From the NCBI GenBank assembly GCA_047967505.1, contig CM106538.1: DNA of 64,000 nt; one strand, given 5' to 3'. The position numbers and the translations under genes were made by a program. Below the pieces are notes generated by a model. The model was not told the origin of the DNA, ran no database searches, and saw nothing but the letters and a program-made list of their open reading frames with translations. Source of the DNA: Dipteris shenzhenensis (lineage: Eukaryota). Positions 35,501 through 48,311 of this stretch are shown in pieces (the stretch's first letter is position 1; every line of letters starts with the position of its first letter).

Positions 35501-36934
35501 AAGCACAATGCTGATGGGTCTGTTAGCAGGTACAAGGCAAGATTGGTTGCCAAAGGTTTTGCACAGACATATGGAATTGACTATGAGGAAACTTTCAGCC
35601 CAGTTGCAAGGATGGCAACCGTGAGAGCAGTAATTGCTATGGCTGCTGCAAAGGGATGGTCTTTGCATCAGATGGATGTGAAAAATGCCCTCTTGCATGG
35701 TGATTTGCAGGAAGAGGTTTATATGATGCAGCCAGAAGGTTATGAGGATAATTCACACCCCGATTTTGTATGCAGGTTGCGCAAAGCCTTGTATGGCTTA
35801 AAACAGGCGCCGAGGGCATGTTCAGACAAGATAGGGCAATATCTTGTCACTATTGGATTTCAGATTTCCAATTCAGATTTTTCACTTTATGTGAAAAGGA
35901 CAAACAGAGGGATTGTGCTTATAGTCATCGATGTTGATGACTTGATTATTACAGGTGATAGTGATGCAGACATTAATGAAGTGAAGCTGCTGTTGAAGCA
36001 GAAATTTGAGATGAAGGATTTGGGAGAGCTGCGTTACTTCTTGGGCATTGAGGTTATTAGATCCCCGAGTGGGATATGGCTGTTGCAAAGGCAATACGGT
36101 TTGGACATGCTGTCCAAATATGGGATGACAGGCTGTAAGCCTATTTCTATTCCATTGGAGCAAAATGTGAAGCTCAATGCAGAGACAGGTGAGCTTCTTG
36201 AAGATATTACTATGTACAGGCGCATAGTAGGTAGCTTGATTTACATGACTATAACCAGACCAGATTTGAGCTATGCTGTGGGGCTGGTGAGTCAGTTTAT
36301 GCAGGCACCGAGGAAGCCACATTTGGATGCGGCTAGGCGCATACTGCGGTATGTGAAGTCCACATTGCATTATGGACTGCTTTATGAAGCTGGGTGTGCA
36401 TTACAGGTACATGGATACACAGATGCTGACTGGGTTGGTAGTGTCTCAGACAGGAGATCTACTAGTGGTTTTATGTTTTCCCTTAGGAGTGGTGCCATCA
36501 GTTGGAGCAGCAAGAAGCAGCCAACAGTTGCCTTGTCGAGCACAGAGGCTGAGTACAGGGGTGCAGCAATGGCTGCATGTGAGGTAGCTTGGTTACGGAA
36601 GCTACTTGCAGATATGGGACAGTCAGTTCATGCAGCAGTTGTCATTCATTGTGACAACATTAGCAGCATCATGCTTGCTAATAACCCAGTTTATCATGCT
36701 AGAACGAAGCACATTGAGGTGCATTATCACTTTGTGAGAGAGAAGGTTCTAGCTGGTGAGATTGATCTTGTCTATGTCAGCACTAAGGAGCAGGTGGCTG
36801 ATAATTTTACGAAGGCATTGGGTACCGAGAAGCTTCGCAGATTTAGGAGCTTGCTTGGTGTACGTGAGATGGATTTGAGCTTGAGGGGGAGTGTTGAGAT
36901 ATCAAGCTCTACCCCCGATATATCTCTTGGATGA
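32578..36934 (+). pseudogene. Copia gag-pol (gag, zinc knuckle, protease, integrase, RT, RNase H), lightly disrupted
   Basis: MSENLSTIVSEKLDKNNF; CGKPGHKENTC; WYVDSGASNHM; 1014-aa ORF 33890-36934. Stop at 33274, frameshifts at about 33398 and 33885, and RT YVDD reads DVDD. Confidence 0.93.
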
Positions 36935-39900
36935 CTATCATTTATGTCACCGCCTATGTTAGTTGTACTCGTGGTGTAGTTAGACTACCACGTATGTTTT
37001 TGGTTTGGGTTCACATATGAACCACATACTCTAGGTTTTGACATATAGGGTATTTCCCTCTTCTATTGTATTATTGTTGTTGTGTGCAAAAGTGAAGAAA
37101 GGCTTCACCCTCCAACCTTGTGTCCTCTCTCTTTTGTGTGTTGTGAAGAAAGCTGAACTTGAGTCTCCTATCTCTCTCCCTTATTCTTTACAGATGGATC
37201 TAGTGAAGAAGATGAAGATCACAATATGAGCCAAGAGGTCGAAGATGCGCATAATGACATCGTACGGGAGGAAGATGAAAATCATGATATTGAGGAAGAA
37301 GATGACGATCATCAAGAATCACCACACTTTATTGAATAATATTAGGTCTTAGGTGAACATATGATGCTAGAGTACGATGATGATATAGGAGATCAACTCG
37401 GTATAGAGTTAGACATAGACTTGTTTGGCATGTTAGACTTGGCTCAGGATGAAGCTGTTCATGTAAATGCTCTTTCTTTGATTTTTTTCATCTCAAACCT
37501 TGACATGAATATATGAGCTTCAAACTTAATGTAAATGCTCTTGTACTTTTATTCTCTGAAAGGATCAAACATGTATCAAAAGGAAAAAAAAATTGTCCCT
37601 AGGAAAAACTATCTTTAAAGGTCGGTATGGGAAAAACACTCTCTGTAAAACTTCGCTATAGGAAACTGTCTCAGTGTCGCTATATAACGACCATTCATAA
37701 GTCTAGTAAGTGTCGCTATATAGCGACTCTCTTTAAAGGTCACTATATAGTGACTTTTGTCTAAAGTTGCTATATAGCGACACTAAACTAATCCCGCTTT
37801 GATTACTGAAGATTAGCACCCCGCGCGCGCTAAACATCGATGCTTAAGCATTGGAATCGGGCCCATGTGTAGTAGTGTTCATTTCAACATGCATTCCATT
37901 TAACAGTCTCCTTTTCTCTTTGAAATTTATAGTTGATTTAATATAGGAGTAGATTTCAATCATGAATTTCACAATAAACATGGCACTAGAGTGATACAAT
38001 ACTCTTTAGTGCATGGAAAACAAGCATCCCACTTGCTTGTATGTTGATTGAAACTTGGTAAAGGAGGATATTGGCAAAGGAAGAGCTAAAGAGAGACCCT
38101 TAGAGGTGGATCTTGCAAAGTGCGAGGTGGAGCTAATGTGTTTTCTAGACATCTTTTCTCATAGAAACCTCTTCTTTTTGTAGACTTGTGTGGATGGGAA
38201 GAACTCAAATTTGAGATAAGTCTCTTACTTCCTTGAACGTAACTATATGATGCTTTTAAGTTGTATAATGTTTATGTACTTAATAAACTTTCCATTCATG
38301 TTGCATGTAGCCTAACCTAGCTTGTAGCTCTAGAGAGGAGGGATCTCTAGGAAAGATGGATTTCGAGAGAGTAGGCTCGGTGCATGCACTACTAACACAC
38401 CCTCTATATGACGTGTTCAAGGGTCATTAAAAAAACCCCTCAACGGAAAACCACCCCACTTTACTTATTAACTAGTGGACACCTCCTTTTTAGAGGGCAA
38501 GGGATATGGAGAGGATAAAGGTTCTAGAGTCAGTGAAGTTAGAGGCAAGGATGAGATAGGTTCAGCCTCTAAGAGTAGTGCAGATTGAGGAGATCAATTA
38601 GGGATCTAGATTGGAGCTATTGATGTCTATTGTATAGAGTACGAATATTTTGTATACTCTATTTGATTTTTCTTGTACGTGTCCTCTTTGACCTAAACAT
38701 TCATGCCCTCTCAAGGGAGCTTTTTTACTCATTCCTTTGAGCCTTATATGTTCACACCCCTTTGAGGGAATTCTTATACTCATGCTTTCAAGGATAATAT
38801 GTTCATGTCCCTTCAAGAGCTATTGCTATATAGATCTCATCTCTTTTGTGTTCACTAAAAGTGGGTAATAATGGGAGTACAAGACCCCCATTCCACCCCA
38901 CCAAAATATTTTTATGTTCCATAGAGATAGTGCTTAATGGGTATACCAATACTAATTTACTATACATTTTGCATCAATGCGTGATGAATTCCTTGACTCA
39001 AATTTTTTGCATATTTGGCATTGGTGCTACCAATAGTTCCTTTCCAATGAATATGATGACAAAAAATTTCAAACTTTTACACTTCAAAATTCTTTATTTC
39101 TTCACAAATTCCATTCGTACTACTGCCAAACATCGCATGATAGCTTGTGTGCTAGTCATAGAGTATATTGTGCATTGAAAAAAAGGAGAGAAAAGAACTA
39201 GCTGAGGGATATGTTTTTGGTTTTGTCACATGATTCCTCCACTATTACTACTACTTCCTTTGGCATGGGTGAACCAATTATCAAATCCAATCGGTTTGGT
39301 TACCTTCTTCTAATTAGTGCACATATACGTGGTGGGCATGAGTCAGGTAGCTGTCACCTCTTATTGAGTAGGACAAGATTCTTTTGATCTTGCATGTTTG
39401 TCCCCTCAACTTTGACATTTTGAAGAAGCATGCAAATGAATCATCTTCATCCAACGATGTTTTTATCGAAGCTATGATTATATATTAATATAAAATATTG
39501 GCAAAAATTTTCAAGATCATTTTTTAAGTTTCACAATATTGGTAGAATTTAGTACTTTGTTTTCTATTTTCTTTTAAATTTTGAAGGAATAAATGTAAAC
39601 CCTAGCAAAACTTTGAATTTTTTTGCATAAAAGTTTCAAATCCTTGCGAATGTTTCAAGCATTTATTTTTATTAGGGCATACAAACTTTCGACACCAATA
39701 TAAAAGTTTAACTAACTTCAAAAAATCATCCATGTCTTCATCTAAATATGGAAAAAGCAACTACCATTTCCTCATGGATGGGCATTCTCAGATGTCCTTA
39801 TACAAGACAACCCCAAACCCTCCATGGCCAAAATTTCCATTATCCTTACACTCTTGCATCCCTATTTGAAACAATTTGATAAGGGGTATAATTGGCATCA

Positions 39901-42900
39901 AAAGCATTTGCTACGAATTGTCATGAGGTGTATTCATAATGCTTTGTCTCATGTGGATGTAGGGAAAGGACTTATCACGAGCTTGACAACAAATGTTTTA
40001 AACTTGAATTAGTGGATCTTACAACAAATACATGGATCAAATTAAAGTAACTTCAAATTTTGTAGTTAGAATTAACACTTTTTTTTGGAGCAAAATAAAA
40101 AAACAAGTTATCGCATAAAATAGAACATCCCCATTACATTGCCTTCAATTCTTTGAAAAGCCACACTAACTTCATGACAATCCAACTAATTAATGAATGG
40201 ATCTACTTCAATTTTAGCCTTACTTATAAAAAACTAGATGTCAAACTGTATGACAAATTAAGAATAGATTATTATATAAAGCAGACTATAATAAAAGAAT
40301 AGAGCTAAATCATATGAAACTTACTAGCGAAAAGAAACTGATGGGACTCGAATATCTAATGTAGATGGGAATAAGGGAGAAATAAGGATTGGAGATGGTA
40401 AGATGAGGGTAGATGCAAGAAGGCTAGGTAGGTATAAGAGCTACAATGGCTCATATAAGAAGTACAAAGGGTAGGTATAAGAGCTACTATTGAGTTATAC
40501 CATATAACGAAATTGCATTTATATGTTAGGACTGTAGCAACCCTAGCTATCCAACTTGAATACAATAAATTTCGTTGCATCACTTTGTGATATATTTAAA
40601 AAAATTTTGGATCTTGTTTCATGCAGTTTTTACATTAAAATTTTTTTTTGGATCTTGTTTCATGCAATCTTTTAAATTTAAAATTTTATCTCAAGGCAAT
40701 GCTTTTTAGTCATTTTGGTGTAATTTTGGGACATGTCCAATATGAATTCTTTACTAATGTTATTTTGTGACATACTCGATCAAACTCCTTTATTGATTTT
40801 TGTAAAAATTAAAACCTGATGTGTCCATTTAATTTGAAAATAAAGTCACATTGCGCATCATTTGTAGTTGTGGTTCTTGGCTATTCTACTATTGAGTATA
40901 GTAGTTAGGAAAGTGGTGAGTCCTTGTGCTATCACAATCCCTCACACTTTCTTCTCCTACTAAGATGCGAAATAAACATGTTTATTTCAATACAAGAACA
41001 GATAGTATTTGTGTCTACAAGTGTTAGAAAAAGCATACCAATTTGCCATTGATGTTGATAGCACTCATTCTGAGACCTTTAACATCAAAGACAATTCATT
41101 TGCATTTTGTTGGCAATAATTCTTCTCAAGTCACACACACGTACATTATGCTCATAATTTCACTCATATATATATTATACATAGTTAAAATATAGAAGTA
41201 TCCTTTTTTTTAAATGAGGATTTTATGGGGTTCCTTTACGAGGAGCTTAAGGACCTATCAAGGTGAAAGTTATGATCAAAAGACACCTTATATTATTATA
41301 ATTCATAAGGATGATGTAAGTAAGTAGCATGTTTTACATTTAGTACAATTTGTAGGGTCCTTAAGCATTTTGTTGAGTTTCTATGCAAGATGTTTATCTT
41401 ACCCTTCATTCTTTGAAGGGTGCAAAAAGTATGGACTATGAAGCTTTACTCCAAATAGATTCAATAGTTAAATATATTTTCAAACTAAGGCCAGACACAA
41501 TTTAAAATTTACGAGTTCAAGTATGTCCCCCTACTCTACAAAAAAGCAAAACTTTATTAGTGTTCAAATTGGTATGTGCTCAAATGTATGGGGACAAGAA
41601 GTGATATTAAGACTCAAGTTTGTGCGTTGCAAAGTAAGGCATCTTATTTAAGGTAGATCTAGAGTCCTTAAAATTTTGGATTTTCATAAAATGCAACACA
41701 TGTTGGGAAACTTTAACAATGTCTCGTACCTTTAATTATTAGATTAGACATGACGACTAGAACATAAGATAACAGAAATGTGTACTCAAGATGAATGCGG
41801 TGGGATTGCATTGGAAGCACGAGAGGAATATATAAAGAGGAGAAAAGAATTTTCTTCCACTTTGTACGTTTGTTTGGTGGTAGGTGCATACATATTAACA
41901 CACATGTTAGGAAAACATATTCCATATTTATTTTCTATCATTGAGGTCTGTGTCATGAGGAGCACTACATATTGTACTTCAAGGAGAAAAAACCACTTGA
42001 TGAAAAATGATGAGATCAATAAATTCAATGCTTTTCTTGTGTAATATTGACGCCTACAAATTGATGAATGTATCATTGAATTCATGTATATTGATTTCTA
42101 TAGGTTAAGCAAATATGACATATCACTCATTTGTAGGTTGAATTCACGTAAAATGCATATTGCAAATTAAGTAAATAAGAATGACTTGTTTAGGTATATG
42201 AAATTGATTTATCTAATGAAAAAGAAAATCCGGACCTAAAAGAGAAGATTGATATCTCTCACCTTGGAACTTAAAGTCGAAGAATAGGAACCTTACATAG
42301 TGGTGAAGGTGCCACATGTTAGATCTAGAAGGCAAGCAAATCTACCTTCACACTTAGCAAGATTTTATGATTCAATAAGAATATAATATATTAGCATCCA
42401 TACATTTACATAGCATTTTTTAGTATAGAAGGATGGAAGCTGAAACGTAGTGAAAATGTTTGGATTGCAAAAAATGCATACCTCATAAGAACTCTTATTC
42501 AAGGAGGACTAAAATTTAGTATGATTTTGTTGAGAAGTGATTCATAAGAGATTATGACATTAGTATAGTCTGAAAACTGCTTGGAAACTAGTTGCCTATG
42601 GTCATTGTCAAACTTTTTTACTATTAACTATAAACAGCAATAGGGGTTGCAAAAGCGGCATCAAAAGAAAAATGTTTATACTTTACTCCTTCTCGGTAAA
42701 GCATTGACTTTAGATCCATGAAAAATAAACACTTTCATGTTTTTTATACGGGATAGGAACCCAAAAGTTATAGATAAGGTTAATAATGATGTTGATGAAC
42801 TTGAGTGGCGCGATAGTACTTGTAGCAAAATTATGGCCATATGTTTTATGATTAGGATAACAAGATTGGTTCAGTCCAAGTCTCTTTCTTCTCTTTTTCC

Positions 42901-43999
42901 TTCCCGTTTAGGAGGGAATCTGAGTGTCTCATAATCAATATTGAGAGTTATCCTTGGCTTCAATTCCAAGTTTGGAAGCAAAGCAATGTTTAGTGATTGC
43001 TTCCGCAATAAGAGTTGACGGAAGCTAAGATCTTGGTGGTGGGATTCGCTAAGCTTTAAGGTTTTAGGATTAAAAAGGACGCATATGATGTGCATTGGGA
43101 AGAAAGGAGTCTAGCGATTGATATACATCCTAAAGCCTCTAATACCAAATGCTTTTGCAATTGGAAATGTTAAAAAAGGGACTGTAATGACGGACAGACA
43201 TGAGAAGAAGGAATATATTGGAAACCTGTCCATCAAAGCGAGTCAAGGTTCTATTGCATGTGACAGAAAGACGAGATTTGTAGATCTCTGTATGATAATG
43301 TGGGTTTCCGCCTTTTTTGATTCGGGGATCCATGCAAGCTAAGTGTCGATTGCTTCATTCTTTTCCGATATGGGGATGTCTTCATTGCGTATAATATGGG
43401 ATGCATCTCTCGATATGGAGATCGCAACGCTTTTGTCTGGAGAAGTGGAGACTAGTTCACCAACAGTGTTCTTGGGAGAAGAAGACGTGCCCACTGCCGA
43501 GCGAACGAAAGATTTCTCAAATAATCCATGGCGCTGGTGCGTGAGTAGCTGTACTTCAAGAGGAACGCACAAGAGGGTTGGACTGAAAAGAAAAGACAAG
43601 GAACTGAAAAGCGGAGGCCGATTCGCAATTGGTGGCGTACTTCGAGCAGAACACTAGGCATTGGTTGTGTTCGACTTGTAGATTGTGATCGGATTGTAGT
43701 ATGAAGTAAGCTGTGTAAAACTCGCAACAGGAGGCTGATTGAAAGTACGCTGTTATAGATTCCTTGTGCGTTTGGAATGATGTCCAAGGGATGATCGAAG
43801 GGGTATGGACAACACAACACACTCACAGTATCGGATTCATCATCATGAGCATCATCTTCGTTAGCTTCAGCCTTTGAGGCCTCCTCGCTTACCAACTTGC
43901 GCAGCAACACTAAAGAGGCTTTTTAGCTTTTGAGAAAGCGGTGGGTTACTATGCAGTGTGGTGTGAGTGTGCGTATGCTAGGTTTCAGGGGTCCACAAA

Positions 44000-44700
44000 C
44001 ACGTCGTGTGGAGGGCGATGGCTTGGCGAAGCTGGTTGCAGTCTAGATGCTCCTTGGGTCGTACTACGATGGGCACAGCTCAACTACAGAGGAGGCGGTG
44101 TGGGATAATCTTCTTCATTTCTTGCATTCAGATTTTCGGGTGAGGGTGGATCGGATCATTGTCGTGTTGTCTGTGCCGCGGGTTCCAGGATTCTGGCACT
44201 GTAGCCATGTAACCCACACGTATCGTAATCTACCACGAGCAAAGTGTTGGCTAATGGTTGGGGGCTTTCACGTCGACAATTCAAGAGCTAGGTGATCAGG
44301 GAGGATGGAAAAGCTGCGGGGACGGGGGGGGGATTCAGCAACGTTTACGTCACGTCTACAACGAAAACGAAAACAATGGCAAAGCGTGACTACCGTGAAT
44401 TCTGTTTCCACGTAGCGTTCCACGTCATGTCCCGACAGGGATTCGGCGACAGAGGGGCAATGGCCGACCTATCATGCCACGGTGGCACGCCTGCATTACA
44501 GGTGGATGGTACGCAGGCGCACGCCCCTGAGCGAATGGTGAGGTTTGAAAGGAGGAGGCGGGACACGTGGTCGTAACGCCTCTGTGGAGTGTCCACGGCG
44601 AAAGAGGCGGGTGAGGAGATGATTGCAGGGCGGGGTACAAAAGGTGAAGAGACGCGGGACCAATGGGCAGGACAAGGGCACGTGATGAAAGGAGGGCTGG
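44000..44700. promoter_or_regulatory. CpG-rich upstream region of the SPL gene with clustered ACGT/G-box cores
   Basis: Ten ACGT cores counted in about 700 bp, including CACGTG at about 44564 and 44679. Confidence 0.45.
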
Positions 44701-45388
44701 GCAGAGGGCAAGGTGGTGGGCCAGCGCAGGGCCCCAGCGAAGGCCCAAGGGCCTAGTGGGCACTCGTCGGAAGCACAGAGCTCCTTTTGGCTGTATCTAA
44801 CTTCTTAAACAGGACATCACCTCTTTCTTCCTCTCGGGAATGACTCTTCATCTTCCATTTCCCACTCTCATCACCGTACTTTCCCTTACAAAATTCTTCT
44901 TCATCTCTCAAATATGAGTTCCCTTCCCTTCCAACGTCCCCTTTTGTTTTCCCTCCCCCCCCATCGCCTCCTTCAGCCCATCCGCCCGCATCCCTCCCCC
45001 TATTAAACTTATATTTGTGTTTGCCCACCCTCCGCCTTCGTCTGTCCCGTCAACAAGCCGTCCACAGATGCTGTTGCTCCTCCGTCGCCCTCCCCCCCAG
45101 TACTTAAGTGAGATGCATCAACTTCATGATTGAAACCCACCCCTTTCTCTCAGCCAGCTCCATCAGCTCACTCTTCAGGTGAGAGGTAGCTCAGCCGAGA
45201 CGTAGCTCACTCCTCCGCCTCTTACAACCGCTGTCCATCGCCTGCTACAACTTACTGCAAGCAACACTAGGAAGCGAGCAAACAGCTCGGATTGCAGCTC
45301 TCTCTTTCTCTCTCTCTTTTGTAAGGAAGCAAGCAGCTCTTTCTCTCTCTTTTCTTTAAGTAAATAGCAAGCACCTCTGATTCCAAGA

Positions 45389-45391
<3 letters not shown>

Positions 45392-45433
<42 letters not shown>
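45392..45433. repeat. (CT)n microsatellite in the SPL 5' leader region
   Basis: Directly visible. Confidence 0.9.
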
Positions 45434-45435
<2 letters not shown>

Positions 45436-45624
45436 CTGGGCCCTTCGCCTGCTTGATACACAGCCCGTCCCCTTACAGTCACAGCCGTCGCCCTATCACC
45501 ACCCAGCTAACCTTTGCTACACAGCCTCTCCCAGCCTTGACAGATCGTGAGAGAAGCTCCCCTCCTCCTCCTGGGTCCGCAGTAGGGTGCAGCAGCTCGG
45601 CTCAAATTAGGGCACAGTCCCCAC

Positions 45625-48146
45625 ATGGAGTGGCAGATGAAGACATCCACGTGGGACTTCGATGGCCTTCCAGGAGGAGGATCGGATGCAACCAGGAGGA
45701 CCCATGGGAGTGATCAGTGGGGATTGCAAGACGATGGGGTTCTGTTCCCAGGTTTTGGAACAACACAGAAAGGCCACTTCCCAACGTCTTCAAGCTCAGG
45801 TACCACGACTGGGTCTCTCGATTCCGCATCCTCCGGCTTTGCAGGTAATAATGCTGTAAATTGCAGCAATCCACCCCTACTTGGGGCCTGTGCTGGCAAA
45901 TATCCAGGAAAAGTTCGCAACGGATGGTTGTTTGCGGATAAAGAAGTGGATGTCACGAGTTCCGACAAAGGGCTGCTGCCGCGAGTAGCAAGCGGCTTGG
46001 AGCAGCAGCAGCAGCAACAAAGCAGGGACAAACAACAATACCAAGAACTGCGAATGATTGACAGAAGTGCTACTGCACGCTACACTGGCACAAACGGCCG
46101 AGTTTCTCCCGGAAATGTTCCACCAAAGGTGGGCGCAGCTAAGGAATCCCAGCTGCGTGATACTGCTGCAATCAAGCGCACTGGTGCTCGCGAGGAAGGT
46201 GCAGATCAGCAAGGGGAGCTGTCTCGGGGAATGGGACTGTCTGTTTTGGCAGTCTCACAGTCGCCTCCTGTGAAGAAGCACCGCGTTATTGCACCGGGAG
46301 TGCAGGTACCGCGCTGTCAAGTAGACGGGTGCAGGGCAGATCTCACCAGTGCAAAGGATTACCATCGCAGGCACAAGGTTTGCGAAATCCATTCAAAGGC
46401 ACCCAAGGTCATCACGTCCGGCATTGAGCAGCGCTTCTGTCAACAATGCAGCAGGTAACCGTCCTAGCGGTACACTCTAAAGGCAAATGGTCCTCGCGGT
46501 AGTTCCTCTTTCACATCGCAGTATTATTGCAACCTTCGAATGCGACGAGAGTGTGGGAACATCTGGGAAGATGCTAATATCTGTTTTCTAGCAACAGTGT
46601 AGATGAATGAGGAGTCAGGACTGCGGAGAGGCAAGGATAGATGTGTGTCGTAAGTTGTAACCTCTACGAGAGAGATGGTTGACGAATTGGATGGGCAGAA
46701 AGACGTAAATAGATTGTCAAGAGGATCTTGGGTAAGGGGTGACGCAACGCAATCCTTGTCTCTGTGCGACATTGCGAGGACGAGTGAGACTGTGAATGTC
46801 CTGGTGCAGTGCCAACACTGACGCGCTTCCCGTTTAAACGTTCACCGGAATTTACTCATAATCCCTTATGAGCTCGAAATCGATTTTCTTGCAGGTTCCA
46901 TGTGCTTAGCGAGTTTGATGATGCCAAGAGGAGCTGCAGAAGGCGTCTGGCTGGGCACAACGAACGTCGAAGGAAGTCATCGCAGGATACAGCGGCCTTG
47001 TCTGTCGCCTCTATGCTGCAAGGTATGTCTACCCTACGACTCAATCACCCGTTGATTTTATGAATCAACACTGTGACACATGTTTCTGAACGGAAATCGG
47101 AGCGAGTTTACCCTTTAAGCTCCTTCCGCTTCTGCAACGGGCGAGCGATTGAAATTCGCTTCAGCTTCATGTTTCCAGCTTGAAACAGTGATCGAGCTTT
47201 ACTCCCCTCTTAAGAGTCTAACCTATCCGCATACTTGAATGTGACCATCTCTGTAGATGACAGACGACATCTAAATGCCCTCCTCGATCGATCCTACTTC
47301 CTACAGCATCCCCTTGCCATGCCCTTGTCCGTTTACGAGAACGGGGACGCACGCAGAGGCTGGTCCAGGACGTTCGACCTAGAAGAACAGGTAGCTTTGG
47401 CTTACAGGGCTCAGCTCCTCAATGGAGACAGCAGACACCACTCGCCATCACCTTACGCTGCTGCCGAGCGTCTTCTTATGCTTCTCCAAGCCAGCAAGGG
47501 CACGGCAGCAGCGCCCGCTGTGAAATACATGCAGGGTCCAGCCTCCATGGGCGAAGGCCTAACGCTGTCTTCTTCCTCCCAAGGTCCAAATATGTTGGCA
47601 GGTCTGGAGGCAGCGGTCGCTGCAGCTCCTTTGGGATCATCCCATCAAGGATTGCTCGACTCCGGGCGTGCTCTCTCTCTTCTGTCATCCCAGGCCTTGC
47701 CGTCAAGATCCAATCACGCAGCCCTGGAGAAATTGATCGTTGAAAACGCACCTCACCCTCCACCTTCTATACACCATCAACAACAGTATCATCAACATCC
47801 GTCTGATAACCCCATCAATAACACCTGCTCGTCCTTCTCGATGGCTGATTTTCCAGCCAACAACGACAAGCTCCTAGCTCTGCCATCTCCCAGAAGCTTG
47901 GCCTTATCCATAGGTATGTCTGCAGGTGTGGTGGCGGAAAAGGAGCATCGCCAACATCAGAAGCCATTGGTCTCTAGCATGAATGTGGCGGAGACCCTTG
48001 GAGCTAATCCCATGCTCGCTCATCTGCTTCAAAGACATGATTTGAGGTACTTTTTGGGGGGATCAAGCTCTCAGCAGTCCATGGAACTGCTCTCGCCCAA
48101 TTCACAGCAAAATCATCATCAACAGCCTGGTGCTAACTCGCAGCAG

Positions 48147-48181
<35 letters not shown>

Positions 48182-48311
48182 ACAACAACAACAACAACAG
48201 TCTGGTGGCACTGAACCGCTGCAGGCAGGCTCTACGAACTTCTCTCAGGAGCTGGAATCTCTTCGAGGTTATGATACCTCATCCCTGTTTAGTGCGCAGC
48301 CTCATATTTGA
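45625..48311 (+). CDS. SPL: SQUAMOSA promoter-binding-like (SBP-box) transcription factor, miR156/529-targeted class, about 670 aa
   Basis: Exons 45625-46454, 46895-47022 and 47257-48311 (2013 nt, in frame). SBP domain [57 protein letters not shown] with the conserved intron. ALSLLS motif and poly-H/poly-Q tail. Confidence 0.96.
47668..47687 (+). promoter_or_regulatory. miR156 target site, overlapping a miR529-type site
   Basis: GTGCTCTCTCTCTTCTGTCA, one mismatch to the reverse complement of miR156 UGACAGAAGAGAGUGAGCAC. Encodes ALSLLS. Confidence 0.95.

Larger units (their letters stand above)
31700..37192 (+). mobile_element. Full-length Ty1/copia LTR retrotransposon, family B (5493 bp)
   Basis: 301-bp LTRs at 31700-32000 and 36892-37192 (TG..CA, 2 differences by eye). 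TSD GATGG on both sides; empty site at 12372-12376. PBS and PPT present. Confidence 0.98.
14921..39802 (+). repeat. Tandem segmental duplication, copy 2, expanded by two insertions (15124-30684 and 31700-37192)
   Basis: Same sequence as 11120-14922 once the insertions are removed. CACTA terminus GTAGTAGTG again at about 37877. Confidence 0.9.

Noticed and set aside
35336-36370. Antisense ORFs shared by the two copia B copies (also 3180-4214)
   Set aside because: Shadows of the pol frame in near-identical copies; no independent evidence of coding.
39803-43000. Possible old MULE/hAT remnants (e.g. AIDVDSTH near 41045)
   Set aside because: Too degenerate and AT-rich; no termini or extended motifs.
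43255-43285. TGACAGAAAGACGAG as a miR156 precursor
   Set aside because: Only the first 8 nt match and no complementary arm is visible.
43500-45110. GTAC cores as SPL autoregulatory sites
   Set aside because: The count is close to random expectation for a 4-mer.
45068-45133. 21-codon upstream ORF before SPL
   Set aside because: Transcription start and 5'-UTR splicing are unknown; conservation cannot be assessed here.
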